From a candidate division WOR-3 bacterium (lineage in GTDB: Bacteria > Hydrothermota > Hydrothermia > LBFQ01), in the NCBI GenBank assembly GCA_027050205.1, contig JALUCS010000097.1, forward strand, positions 1 to 64,000: DNA of 64,000 bases, read 5' to 3'. A program made the translations under genes and the position numbers. The notes beneath the pieces are model-generated. The model was not told the origin of the DNA and searched no databases. It was given only the letters and a program-made list of their open reading frames with translations. Below are positions 53,457 through 62,917 of the stretch, in pieces. Within the stretch, counting starts at the first letter, position 1. The number at the start of each line of letters is the position of its first letter.

Positions 53457-53562
53457 CAAGCAGACGAAGTTCAAGCCCGCCCTGGTGAACGGCCACCCCG
53501 TCAAGGTCAAGATAACCGTACCCTTCGTATTTAGGCTGAAGGAGAACGGGGAGAGTAAATGA
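53155..53562 (+). CDS. Stand-alone TonB C-terminal domain with signal peptide
   Basis: MRRFLIG...PSFA leader followed almost directly by the TonB-C domain. Confidence 0.8.
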   Translation: MRRFLIGLLALTISIPSFAVYAAKQQSAGRSGATVLGADEVDKAPEVIHYVAPKYPKAALEKGLEGKVLVEAIIDENGNVIDARIKYSDNEIFNDAALAAIKQTKFKPALVNGHPVKVKITVPFVFRLKENGESK

Positions 53563-53587
53563 GAGGCTTTTAAAGAAGGAGGCGAAT

Positions 53588-56500
53588 ATGAAACGTTTCT
53601 TAGCGGGACTCTTTGGCCTGCTTGTGGCCCTACCGCTCTTCGGACAGTACGGAAAGATAGCGGGTAGGGTAGTCAGCGCCGAAAGTGGCGAGCCGATACC
53701 GGCCGCCGTCGTCAGGATCGTGAGCGGTCCTGCCAAGGGCGGGACCTACGCGGACGAGAACGGGTACTACGTCCTCTTGAGGCTCCCCCCCGGAACCTAC
53801 ACCCTTGAGGCCAGAGCCATAGGGTACAAGCCACAGATAGTGAAGAACGTTGTGGTAGATGCCGACCACACCACCGAAGTCAACTTCAGCCTCCCCTCCA
53901 AGGCCATCAAGGTCAAGGCGGTGGTCGTAGAGGCGAAGGAGAAGATCATAAAGAAAGACGAAACGGAGAGCAAGGCCGTAGTAAAAGGTGAAAACATTCA
54001 GAACATACCCGTCGCCTCACTGGAGCAGGCCATATCGCTCTCCTCCGGTGTCAGGGTCAGCGGCGGTGTGATACAGGTGCGCGGTGGTCGTCCCGGTGAG
54101 GTGTCCTACGTCGTAGACGGTGTGGAGGTAACGGATCCCTACACCGGGTACCAGAGCGTAGACCTCCCCCTGAACGCCATTCAGGAGGCCTCCGTCAGTA
54201 AGGGTGGCTTCGGTGCCGAGTACGGTTCCGCCTCCTCCGGTGTGATACAGGTCGCCACCCGTGAGGGTACCGACAAGTACGAGTTCTCCCTCCAGCTCTT
54301 CTCCAGCGTCGGAATGGGCGGCTTCTTCAATACGAACGTGGGCGACCCCTACATGAAGTACTTCCAGCCCCCCTACTTCTACGGTGGAGACAAGTACAAG
54401 AAGAGCGCCACCCAGACCGGTACCGAGTACTGGAAGGAGCTGGTGAGTTTTGATGAAAATAGGGCGAAAGTTTATCAGGATAATGTGGATGAATTTTCCA
54501 AAAAGGACCCCTACTTTGCCGACTTCGCCACCTACTTCGTTGGCAGGGATTACTTCAAATATCCCTGGCGGGAGAACTACTTCCGGCCCATAATCGGTAT
54601 AGGTGGTCCCATCCTTCCCTTCTACGACGCCCTTCGTTTCTACCTCTCCTACGATTACACCACCACCCAAGGGACATTCCAAAACAGCATGAGAAAGGAA
54701 GGCTCCTACCAGTTCAAGATCTCGTGGTTCGTCACTCCTAAGGTCAAGCTCTTCTTCGGAAGCGTAGGTACGGACGGTGAGTACGCCTTCGGTTTCCGAC
54801 CCGACTGGAGGCTCCTACTCCGCCGCCTGCCTGTCATAGAGTCCAAGAACAGGCAGTTCGCTGCTGGGGTCAACTACGCCCCCAGCCCCAAGTCCTACCT
54901 TGAACTCAGGTTTGGATACTTCAACACCTACCGCCTCTATCTGCCCTTCATAGACATAGACATGGACGGGGTCGCGGACTTCACGGATCGCGACGGTGAC
55001 CTCCTCGTTGAGGTGGACCCCGACATGCTCAAGCTCATCGGTCGCGCCCTTGATCCCAACCTCATCCACGAGGACAAAGGCGATTGGGTAGAGCTTCGTA
55101 CCTTCTGGTGGGAGACCCCTCCGCAGGGTTATTACCCCACCTTCGTTAAAGGAACAAAGAAACAGAACTACTACCTCGGCGTGGTTAAGGGTACGAACGA
55201 CACCGTCCTCATAGCCTACGGCGATACCCTCTACGATAGCAACGGCAACCCCGTGGAGGTTGATACTGTTTTCCGGGTTAAGAACTGCTACGTCCCTGCT
55301 GAAGGTAAAGTTAAGGCCTGCACTACTAAGATTGCCTTCTCCAATCTCTACACCCCCGAACCCTACACGTGGCCGAGATGGGTCTTCTACACTCGCAACA
55401 CGAAGACCTGGAGTACCCGTCTGGACTTCCTCTCGCAGGATCCCTTCGGCCTTAAAGGACACGAGTTCAAGACGGGGTTTGAGTTTTACAAGTACGACAT
55501 AAAGCAGACGGACGTTGACTACGCCTCCGGTGGAAACATCTACATGGACTTAGTAGATGCCCAACCCTACAAGGGGGCGTACTACATCCGCGATAAGATG
55601 GAGTTTGAGGGCTTCATAGCCAACGTGGGCTTCCGGTTTGACTACTACAACCCCAACGCCTGGGTGCCGGGTGACTTCCTGAACCCCGTAAAGGACCTGA
55701 ACCTTGCCCAGATGGGACCGATATTCAACAGAGACTCCTCCTGGTGGTATCACGACAAGACTACAAGGGACACCTTCTTCCTCCGGGATCCCAAGAGGGT
55801 AAGCCCCACCTTCTACGTTAGCCCCCGTATCGGTATATCCCACCCTATATCCGAAAACGACGTTCTCCACTTCACCTACGGCCACTACTTCCAGGTGCCG
55901 AGACTCCGGTGGCTCTTCTCCAACCAGTACTGGTTCTTCACGGGTGCCTTCAACATAATAGGTAATCCATCCCTCAAGCCTGAGAAGACCATATCCTACG
56001 AGGTCGGTATAAAGCACGCCTTCACACCCTACACCGTCATAGACGTAACGGCCTTCTACAAGGACATAGCCGACCTCGTGCAGAGTAAGTGGATATACAT
56101 CGGAAACACCGGGTGGCAGTACACTACCTTCGTGAACCAGGACTTCGGCTCCGTCAGGGGCGTTGAGGTGAACTTCACCAAGACCCCCGGCGGAAACAAC
56201 CCCTACCTCCGCTTCCTCACCCTCAACATAGCATACACCCTGCAGTTCGCTAAGGCCAGCTTCGCCAACCAGTACGCCCTCTACGCCCTCACCTGGCTGG
56301 GTATAGCCCCGGAGTACGCCGAGGAACATTACGTAAGCTGGGATCAGAGGCACGTCATAAACGCCGTGGTGTCCTACGATATTCCTCTCATCAGGAAGAA
56401 CCTCCGTATGCAGTTCTTAACGGGTTACGGTACTTCGCTGATATACTCCTTCGGTACGGGTACCCCTTGGTCCCCTCCGCTGCGTAGCCCTCGCGACGTC

Positions 56501-56767
56501 CTTGAGAAGATGAACAGCCTCCGTCTCCCCGCTACGCACAACGTAGACTTCCGTATCTACAAGAGCTTCGGGCTGCCCTTCGGTGCCAACCTCCGCCTCT
56601 TCGCGGACATCTATAACCTCCTAAACGACCGCACCATAGTTGACTACGCCGATCAGAACTACTACTACTACTTCGGCGACCCCGAAGGTCCGAGCAGAAA
56701 CCCAACGGTGTATAAGAGGGGTAGGCTCACGAGGTACGGCCTGCAGATAACTTGGAAGCAGAGGTAA
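53588..56767 (+). CDS. TonB-dependent receptor with N-terminal carboxypeptidase-regulatory-like domain
   Basis: GKIAGRV...GTYTL, plug VRGGR...YVVDG...GGFGAEYG..SGVI, GNPSLKPEKT, WDQRH, C-terminal aromatic strand. Confidence 0.9.
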   Translation: MKRFLAGLFGLLVALPLFGQYGKIAGRVVSAESGEPIPAAVVRIVSGPAKGGTYADENGYYVLLRLPPGTYTLEARAIGYKPQIVKNVVVDADHTTEVNFSLPSKAIKVKAVVVEAKEKIIKKDETESKAVVKGENIQNIPVASLEQAISLSSGVRVSGGVIQVRGGRPGEVSYVVDGVEVTDPYTGYQSVDLPLNAIQEASVSKGGFGAEYGSASSGVIQVATREGTDKYEFSLQLFSSVGMGGFFNTNVGDPYMKYFQPPYFYGGDKYKKSATQTGTEYWKELVSFDENRAKVYQDNVDEFSKKDPYFADFATYFVGRDYFKYPWRENYFRPIIGIGGPILPFYDALRFYLSYDYTTTQGTFQNSMRKEGSYQFKISWFVTPKVKLFFGSVGTDGEYAFGFRPDWRLLLRRLPVIESKNRQFAAGVNYAPSPKSYLELRFGYFNTYRLYLPFIDIDMDGVADFTDRDGDLLVEVDPDMLKLIGRALDPNLIHEDKGDWVELRTFWWETPPQGYYPTFVKGTKKQNYYLGVVKGTNDTVLIAYGDTLYDSNGNPVEVDTVFRVKNCYVPAEGKVKACTTKIAFSNLYTPEPYTWPRWVFYTRNTKTWSTRLDFLSQDPFGLKGHEFKTGFEFYKYDIKQTDVDYASGGNIYMDLVDAQPYKGAYYIRDKMEFEGFIANVGFRFDYYNPNAWVPGDFLNPVKDLNLAQMGPIFNRDSSWWYHDKTTRDTFFLRDPKRVSPTFYVSPRIGISHPISENDVLHFTYGHYFQVPRLRWLFSNQYWFFTGAFNIIGNPSLKPEKTISYEVGIKHAFTPYTVIDVTAFYKDIADLVQSKWIYIGNTGWQYTTFVNQDFGSVRGVEVNFTKTPGGNNPYLRFLTLNIAYTLQFAKASFANQYALYALTWLGIAPEYAEEHYVSWDQRHVINAVVSYDIPLIRKNLRMQFLTGYGTSLIYSFGTGTPWSPPLRSPRDVLEKMNSLRLPATHNVDFRIYKSFGLPFGANLRLFADIYNLLNDRTIVDYADQNYYYYFGDPEGPSRNPTVYKRGRLTRYGLQITWKQR

Positions 56768-56778
56768 GGAGGTAGAAA

Positions 56779-59112
56779 ATGAAGAGGTACGCTTTGCTCT
56801 TATCGTTGACAGCTCTAGCCCTCCCGCTCTGGGGTAGGGATAAGGTCCCCAGAGGCAACGCGGGAGACTTCCGCGTCCTGGCCACTTCGGACAAACAGTA
56901 CGTGGTCTCCGTAGGGGACGTATGGACGACCTTCACCAACTACGGTGAGCATGGGGACGCTAACCTGATACTTCCCGGGTACAGTAGGCCCGGAAACACT
57001 CCGGGGCAGAACGTGTACTACCTCTGGGACGGGCGAGTCTGGATAGCAGCCTTCTTCCAGGGGAACAAGTACGTGACCGTTTACGACTACGGGGTCAAGG
57101 AGTGGTCCCCGAGCCCGGACAACGGTCCCACCGGGTTCGCCTTCATCGGGGCGGACAAGTCCTTCCTTGACGTTGAGGCCCGCTATCAGGACTTCAAGAA
57201 CGACACCAGAAACAGCGGGCGACACACCGGTCTCAAGGTGATAGAGAGGCTCCTCTCCTGGCCCCACGACCCCTACAACCAGTTCTTCGCTTACGAGATG
57301 GGTATAACCTTCGTCAAAGACTCCTTTGACATATCCGACAACAAGCCCGACTCCCTGCAGATATACGTAGCCTGGACTTACGACGCCGACGTCTGCGGTG
57401 CGGACAGGGAGTACCCTCACATAGATGACCTGGTCTATTACGACGGCGCGCCCGAGGACTGTAACATCTCCCTAATGGCCCACCCTATGGGATGGGAGGA
57501 CAGCGTTTCCGTCCTCATAGATACGACCATACACACCCCAGACGACGTACCTGACGGCTACACCATATGGGGTGATGATCCTAAGGAGAAAGAGATAACG
57601 ATAGCATACTACGAGTCTCACTTCGGTCCCGGTGCCCGTCCCGACTCTTTCATGCTGGTGCGTCCCAACCGTGAAAACCCCGACCAGATGGACACGGTGT
57701 ATTACTACTACCTCATCCCCCGCAACACGTCTATGATATACGACTGGGACAACCCCTCCGAGGCCGGAGATGACATCGGAGACAACGGTATGTGTAAGGG
57801 ATACATCGGTATGAGGCTCATATACGCCCCGCCGAGCGACAACGACCTCTCCGCCAGCGACGGTCAGGGCGTCGGCTCCCTCTGCCGTCCCATAACCCTC
57901 GCCAAGAGTACGGGTACTGGGGACAACGTGCGCATAATCTACCCCCACGCCCACCAGTGGTGGAACATAGAGACGGATCCCGGAGACGACAACGCCCGCT
58001 ACGACTACATCGTGGGGGATCACCCCGCCACCAGGCCCTACAAGTTCGCCCCCCATCCGTTTGACTTCGGTGCCACGCAGTTTGACTACAGGTTCCTCCT
58101 CTCCACCGGCCCGTACTGGATCCACAACGGAGATACCCTCTGGTTCGTAGTGGCCGCCGGTGTGGGTGAGGGACTGAACGGAGATACGAACAACTACTGG
58201 TATGGTGGCGATTACAAGCTCGGTCTCCGTCAGCTCATGGATCAGGCCCTTCTGGCCTACTACACCGGTGTCAACGGTCTGTGCGATCCCGCCCACCCCT
58301 GTGGTCCCAACGAGGCCCCTCACTGGAAGATCCCCATTCCGCCTGTCACCCCTTCCCTAAGCTACGGTCCCTCCGGCGACTCCGTCATCCTCATATGGGA
58401 CAAGAAGGCCGAGTACACCATAGACCCCATCAAGAAGGAGATAGACTTCATGGGGTACGCCATATACCGTGCCAAGTTCGGTCCCAAGTTCAACAACCCT
58501 CCGGTTAAGATCCTCATAGACGCCGACAAGGACCCCGCCCTCATAGACTCCGTGAGGAACTACTGGATAAGCTACTGGCAGAAGGTCGCGAACGTAGATG
58601 TGAGCGATCGGATAGAGGTCAAGTCCTTCAGGGGGCAGAACACTTACATAGACAAGAACCCTCCGAAGGGCTATCCTCTCTACTACGCCGTTACGGCCTT
58701 TGACTGGGAGCCGGCCATACACGCCAGCCTTGAGTCCTCTGCCAACAACTACCTGAAGAGTGCGGACGGATCTCCCAAGCCCATTTACGTCGGTGGTCCC
58801 GCCGGCGGGAGCGATTGGACCAAACAGGTCGTCATAGCGCCCAACCCGGTCTACGGCTCTACGAAGTGGTCCGCCACTGGTATTACCCCCGAGATCAAGT
58901 TCTTCAACGTCCCGGCCTCTGCTCGTATAGACATATACTCCTTCACGGGGGACCACATCAAGACCTTATACAACAACCTTCCCACCACCGGTGCCGTCTC
59001 CTGGAACCTCCTGACGCCCCAGGGCCGTATGGTATCGCCCGGAATCTACTTTGTGCGCATCGTGGATAAGGACGGCAACACGTACTACGGCAAGTTCGTG
59101 GTACTTAGATAG
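56779..59112 (+). CDS. Secreted protein with Fn3-like module and T9SS-like C-terminal domain
   Basis: Signal peptide; VILIWD...GYAIYR...YYAVTAFD; PNP...IKFFNVP...IYSFTGD.IKTL...WNL...PGIYF...GKFVVLR. Confidence 0.75.
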   Translation: MKRYALLLSLTALALPLWGRDKVPRGNAGDFRVLATSDKQYVVSVGDVWTTFTNYGEHGDANLILPGYSRPGNTPGQNVYYLWDGRVWIAAFFQGNKYVTVYDYGVKEWSPSPDNGPTGFAFIGADKSFLDVEARYQDFKNDTRNSGRHTGLKVIERLLSWPHDPYNQFFAYEMGITFVKDSFDISDNKPDSLQIYVAWTYDADVCGADREYPHIDDLVYYDGAPEDCNISLMAHPMGWEDSVSVLIDTTIHTPDDVPDGYTIWGDDPKEKEITIAYYESHFGPGARPDSFMLVRPNRENPDQMDTVYYYYLIPRNTSMIYDWDNPSEAGDDIGDNGMCKGYIGMRLIYAPPSDNDLSASDGQGVGSLCRPITLAKSTGTGDNVRIIYPHAHQWWNIETDPGDDNARYDYIVGDHPATRPYKFAPHPFDFGATQFDYRFLLSTGPYWIHNGDTLWFVVAAGVGEGLNGDTNNYWYGGDYKLGLRQLMDQALLAYYTGVNGLCDPAHPCGPNEAPHWKIPIPPVTPSLSYGPSGDSVILIWDKKAEYTIDPIKKEIDFMGYAIYRAKFGPKFNNPPVKILIDADKDPALIDSVRNYWISYWQKVANVDVSDRIEVKSFRGQNTYIDKNPPKGYPLYYAVTAFDWEPAIHASLESSANNYLKSADGSPKPIYVGGPAGGSDWTKQVVIAPNPVYGSTKWSATGITPEIKFFNVPASARIDIYSFTGDHIKTLYNNLPTTGAVSWNLLTPQGRMVSPGIYFVRIVDKDGNTYYGKFVVLR

Positions 59113-59122
59113 GAGGTAGAAA

Positions 59123-60109
59123 ATGATCCTGTGGATGCTTGTCCTTCAGTACGGCGAGAGGAATTACAACCCTTTCGCCAAGGTAGGAGTTGCGGGAAGT
59201 AAGTTCCTCCAGCTCTATACCTCCCCCAAGGTGGGTGCTATGGGGGAGGCCTCCGTCAGCTACTTCACGGACGACCCCCTACTAATGGTGAACAACCCCG
59301 CCTCCGCCATGTTTATGAACAGCAAGGCTGTAGGTGTGGGGTTCATGCCCTACTGGGTCCAGACCTACGTCACGGATATAGCATACATCCACCCCCGCGG
59401 TAGGTTCAAGTTCGGTGGGTACCTCCACGCGGCCACATCCCTCGGATTCAAACACACCGTAGTTACGGACGACGGCTACGAAGAGCAGGGGACGTTTAAC
59501 TACACCGGTATGGCCATGGCCTTCGTTATGGGTGCCCGCCTGACCGACAAGTTCTCCGTGGCCCTCGCCCCTAAGCTCATATACGAGGGTTTTGGCTCCT
59601 TTACGAATACCTACGCCTTCGCTGTAGATGTCGGGACGGTGTTTGAAACCGGATGGCACGGTGTAAACATCGGAATGACCGTCCAGAACTTCGGGACGGA
59701 CCCGAGGCTCTCTGGAAATTACGTAATCTACAGCTTTACAGGAAACGAGGTGGTTGAGGATACTGTTCCCTACAAGGCCTATAACCTTCCGCTGACCTTC
59801 AGGGCCGGCCTCTCCTTTGACGTATTCCGCAGGTCCTACCACGCCCTCATAGGGGTACTTGAGGTCAATCACCCCAACGACAACGCCGAGTCCTACAACC
59901 TGGGTTTCCAGTACTCCTACGCCGATATGTTCTTCCTCCGTCTGGGCAAGAAGTTCCGCGGAGGGTTCAACTGGGTATCCGACTCCCACGACGAGGTCTT
60001 CAACTTCGGCTTCGGCCTGAAGTTCGCCAGTATGTCCTTTGACTACGCGTACACCGTAAACTACCGCATGCCGGACGTCAGCAGGTTCGGTCTCGTATAT
60101 ACCTTTTAA
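59123..60109 (+). CDS. PorV/PorQ family outer-membrane beta-barrel
   Basis: KVG.AG.KFL....P...AMGEA...NNPA, D.G, LPLTFRAG, FDYAY, C-terminal YTF. Confidence 0.8.
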   Translation: MILWMLVLQYGERNYNPFAKVGVAGSKFLQLYTSPKVGAMGEASVSYFTDDPLLMVNNPASAMFMNSKAVGVGFMPYWVQTYVTDIAYIHPRGRFKFGGYLHAATSLGFKHTVVTDDGYEEQGTFNYTGMAMAFVMGARLTDKFSVALAPKLIYEGFGSFTNTYAFAVDVGTVFETGWHGVNIGMTVQNFGTDPRLSGNYVIYSFTGNEVVEDTVPYKAYNLPLTFRAGLSFDVFRRSYHALIGVLEVNHPNDNAESYNLGFQYSYADMFFLRLGKKFRGGFNWVSDSHDEVFNFGFGLKFASMSFDYAYTVNYRMPDVSRFGLVYTF

Positions 60110-60121
60110 GGAGGTAGTGAA

Positions 60122-62917
60122 ATGAAACGGTTTGCGATAGCCCTTGGTCTCTTAGGCGCTACACCCCTTATGGGGGTAGATAGCGTTGAGGTATACCTGC
60201 CCACCTTTAAGCTCATATTCTCCATAGATGAGGTTCCTACGAAGGTTCCCGTCCTGGACTCAACGGAGTACGCGTACATCGCCCTCCTGAAGAAGAACAT
60301 CTACGGTATGAACCTCGTTGAGGTGGCCTCCTTCAGGGACTTCCCTCCTGTCGGATGGTCCGCCGACCCCGAGTGGGGTATGACCTACGAGCTGATAGAG
60401 GGGTCCTACTACTATCCAGCCGTGGTTTATACGGCCACGCCGGCCACCGGTTCCTACTCCCTGACCTCCGCCGTGCTTGACCTGTCCGTTACGGACGTAC
60501 CCATTCCGGACACCCTGACCTTCACCTACAAGCTAACCGGTATGGAAAACGGGGATACCATGTACATAGAGGTCATAGGAAGCGGGGACGACACGACCAC
60601 GTGCTGGACCCCCATAGGCACCCTAACCTCCGCGGACATTACGGATACGATGAGTGTCAGGCGCTTCCAGGTTCTCCCCGACTCCTACACCTGCGGCACT
60701 TTGGACGATAACTCCGTTGTGCAGCTAAGGTTCCGCTTCAAGGACAACAGCAGCCCCACAATGGATAGCTCTAAGTTCTTCGCCCTCTACAACGTGTATG
60801 TCGGTGGATACTGGTACAGGCCCACCGCCAACGACACCATTCCGGACTCTCTGGTGAGCTACTACGTCGGCACGGTCAAGGCTGCCTTTGAGAACGTACC
60901 CGACAGGATGCTCAGCTTTCTCGGCCTGACCAAGGACGCCCTGAAGACCAAGAGCGCCGACAAGAAGGTCGTCATCCTCATAGCCCCCTTTAATATGTCT
61001 GACGTCTATCTGAATCAGAGGTACCTCGGTTATTGGGACGCCTACGACACCCTCAACAGCTACGACCTCATATACATAAACTACGCCAAGCAGACGGCCC
61101 AGGGTGTCTTCGGCGGGGTACACTGGGATACCACGAAGGTGCGCAGGTATCTGGCCTTCCAGTACGCCCGTCTGGTGGCCTACAGCCTTGACACTACCGA
61201 AGCTTACAACTACTACCCTGTATGGTTCAACCAGTTCCAGATGGCCATCAAGGCCGCTTGGATAGCCCACAAGGTACTCCGGAGAGACTTCGGTGATCCT
61301 CTCGGACTGGCAGGAGGTATAAAGGGAGGAACGCCGGAGAAGAGCAGTCAGCCCCTCATCATAGCGTCCTTTACGTACGATGGAAAGGTATATACTGACG
61401 AGTACATCAGCAAACTCCTACCTTGGGTTATCCACGTAGAGGACATCGCCGGTGAATCCGCCGTTAAGGAGGCTTTGAGTGAGAAGGACGTTCCCTTCTT
61501 ATGGTATCCTTACCTCGCAAACTCCTTAAACAACCTCATCCTAGGAGCCGGTTCCAACTTCTACAAGGAGGTGGAGACCTTTTACCTCAAGGAGTTGGGT
61601 GCTGGTCAGACTTGGGACGATGCCCTCGCAGACTATCCGCACTTTACCAGCGATGACGTCTTCAACACCCTTGACTACACGGCCTCCAGTGCCGCCAACG
61701 TGGTGAATAAGGTCGCCTTCCCGTTTGTGGCTTACAGGTATAGCGTAAACCAGCCCGGCCGTAAGTACCTGAGGTTTGACGGTGCAGACTACAACTCCGT
61801 GACTACGTACATAGGCGGTAGCCTTGACACCATACCGGGCTTTGTGCTTTATAAGGTGGACCTTAACAACAACACGTGGGAAAGGGTACAGCTGGACGAG
61901 AGGTTAAGGTGGTCCTTTAGGGATGACGCCGGCCTAAGGGGTAATTACTACTTCCTGCTGATAAACGTCGGTGCCACCGCTCTCTACTCCATAAGCGCCG
62001 ACTTTAGGGATACTTTGCCGCCTACGGTGGCCGACTTCGGTATCCTCCCCGATGCTGCTGCCCCCGAGTTCATAGACGTCTATCTGTACTCCGATAGTAA
62101 AGTGTACTTTGACGCCGGTCAGGAGGGGGCGCTCGTGCAGTTCTGGCCGAAGAACGACTCGGCCAAGTACCAGGTCTACAACCTGTACCTTGACTACGCC
62201 GGCATGGCCGACACCACCTACCTGGTCTATAGGAAGCAGATCAGGCTCTCCTTCACGGATATCTTCGGAAACGAGTACTTCGGTCCTATCAAGTACCGCC
62301 TCACCCGCGCCCAGAACGCCGCCGGCGTGGACTACATAACAACCCTGACCGACACTTCCGGTGAGTTCTACAAGGTGAAGCTCGGTACGGACATGGCTGA
62401 CATCATACCCGACGTCCTTTCTATGGCCTCCACGGCCGGGGAGCAGAGGTTCTACCTCTTCCCTAACGGTAGGGAGTACGTCTTCAACGTCCCCGTCCAC
62501 GCTCAGGTCAAAGTGGCCGCCCAGGAGGGAGACCGGGTCTTCTACTTCAACGGATACGAGTGGGTGGAGGCCCGTTCCTACTACTATCCCGAAGAGGGTA
62601 AGGTTGAGGCCTTCGTGAGCGGCGCCTACCGCATATACGTCGGCAAGGAGAAGCCCTCCACCGCTCCCGTTACCGCCTTTAACGTCAAGAGCGAGGTCAA
62701 CAAGGTGATCGTATCCACCCCCGAAGAGGGACAAATCACCCTTAAGATATACAACCCGATGGGTCGTCTCGTTCGCACCCTTATCCACAACGCTAAGGGA
62801 GCCGGGAACTACGCCTTCAGGATAGACGACCTGCCGCGCGGTGTCTATCTCGTGCGCGTGAAGGCCGGTAAGTACGCCCGTACGGTTAAGCTCCTTGTAC
62901 TTGGAGGTGTAAGATGA
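60122..62917 (+). CDS. Large secreted protein with T9SS type-A-like C-terminal domain
   Basis: Signal peptide; tail LKIYNPMGRLVRTL...LPRGVYLVRV...KLLVL. Confidence 0.75.
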   Translation: MKRFAIALGLLGATPLMGVDSVEVYLPTFKLIFSIDEVPTKVPVLDSTEYAYIALLKKNIYGMNLVEVASFRDFPPVGWSADPEWGMTYELIEGSYYYPAVVYTATPATGSYSLTSAVLDLSVTDVPIPDTLTFTYKLTGMENGDTMYIEVIGSGDDTTTCWTPIGTLTSADITDTMSVRRFQVLPDSYTCGTLDDNSVVQLRFRFKDNSSPTMDSSKFFALYNVYVGGYWYRPTANDTIPDSLVSYYVGTVKAAFENVPDRMLSFLGLTKDALKTKSADKKVVILIAPFNMSDVYLNQRYLGYWDAYDTLNSYDLIYINYAKQTAQGVFGGVHWDTTKVRRYLAFQYARLVAYSLDTTEAYNYYPVWFNQFQMAIKAAWIAHKVLRRDFGDPLGLAGGIKGGTPEKSSQPLIIASFTYDGKVYTDEYISKLLPWVIHVEDIAGESAVKEALSEKDVPFLWYPYLANSLNNLILGAGSNFYKEVETFYLKELGAGQTWDDALADYPHFTSDDVFNTLDYTASSAANVVNKVAFPFVAYRYSVNQPGRKYLRFDGADYNSVTTYIGGSLDTIPGFVLYKVDLNNNTWERVQLDERLRWSFRDDAGLRGNYYFLLINVGATALYSISADFRDTLPPTVADFGILPDAAAPEFIDVYLYSDSKVYFDAGQEGALVQFWPKNDSAKYQVYNLYLDYAGMADTTYLVYRKQIRLSFTDIFGNEYFGPIKYRLTRAQNAAGVDYITTLTDTSGEFYKVKLGTDMADIIPDVLSMASTAGEQRFYLFPNGREYVFNVPVHAQVKVAAQEGDRVFYFNGYEWVEARSYYYPEEGKVEAFVSGAYRIYVGKEKPSTAPVTAFNVKSEVNKVIVSTPEEGQITLKIYNPMGRLVRTLIHNAKGAGNYAFRIDDLPRGVYLVRVKAGKYARTVKLLVLGGVR

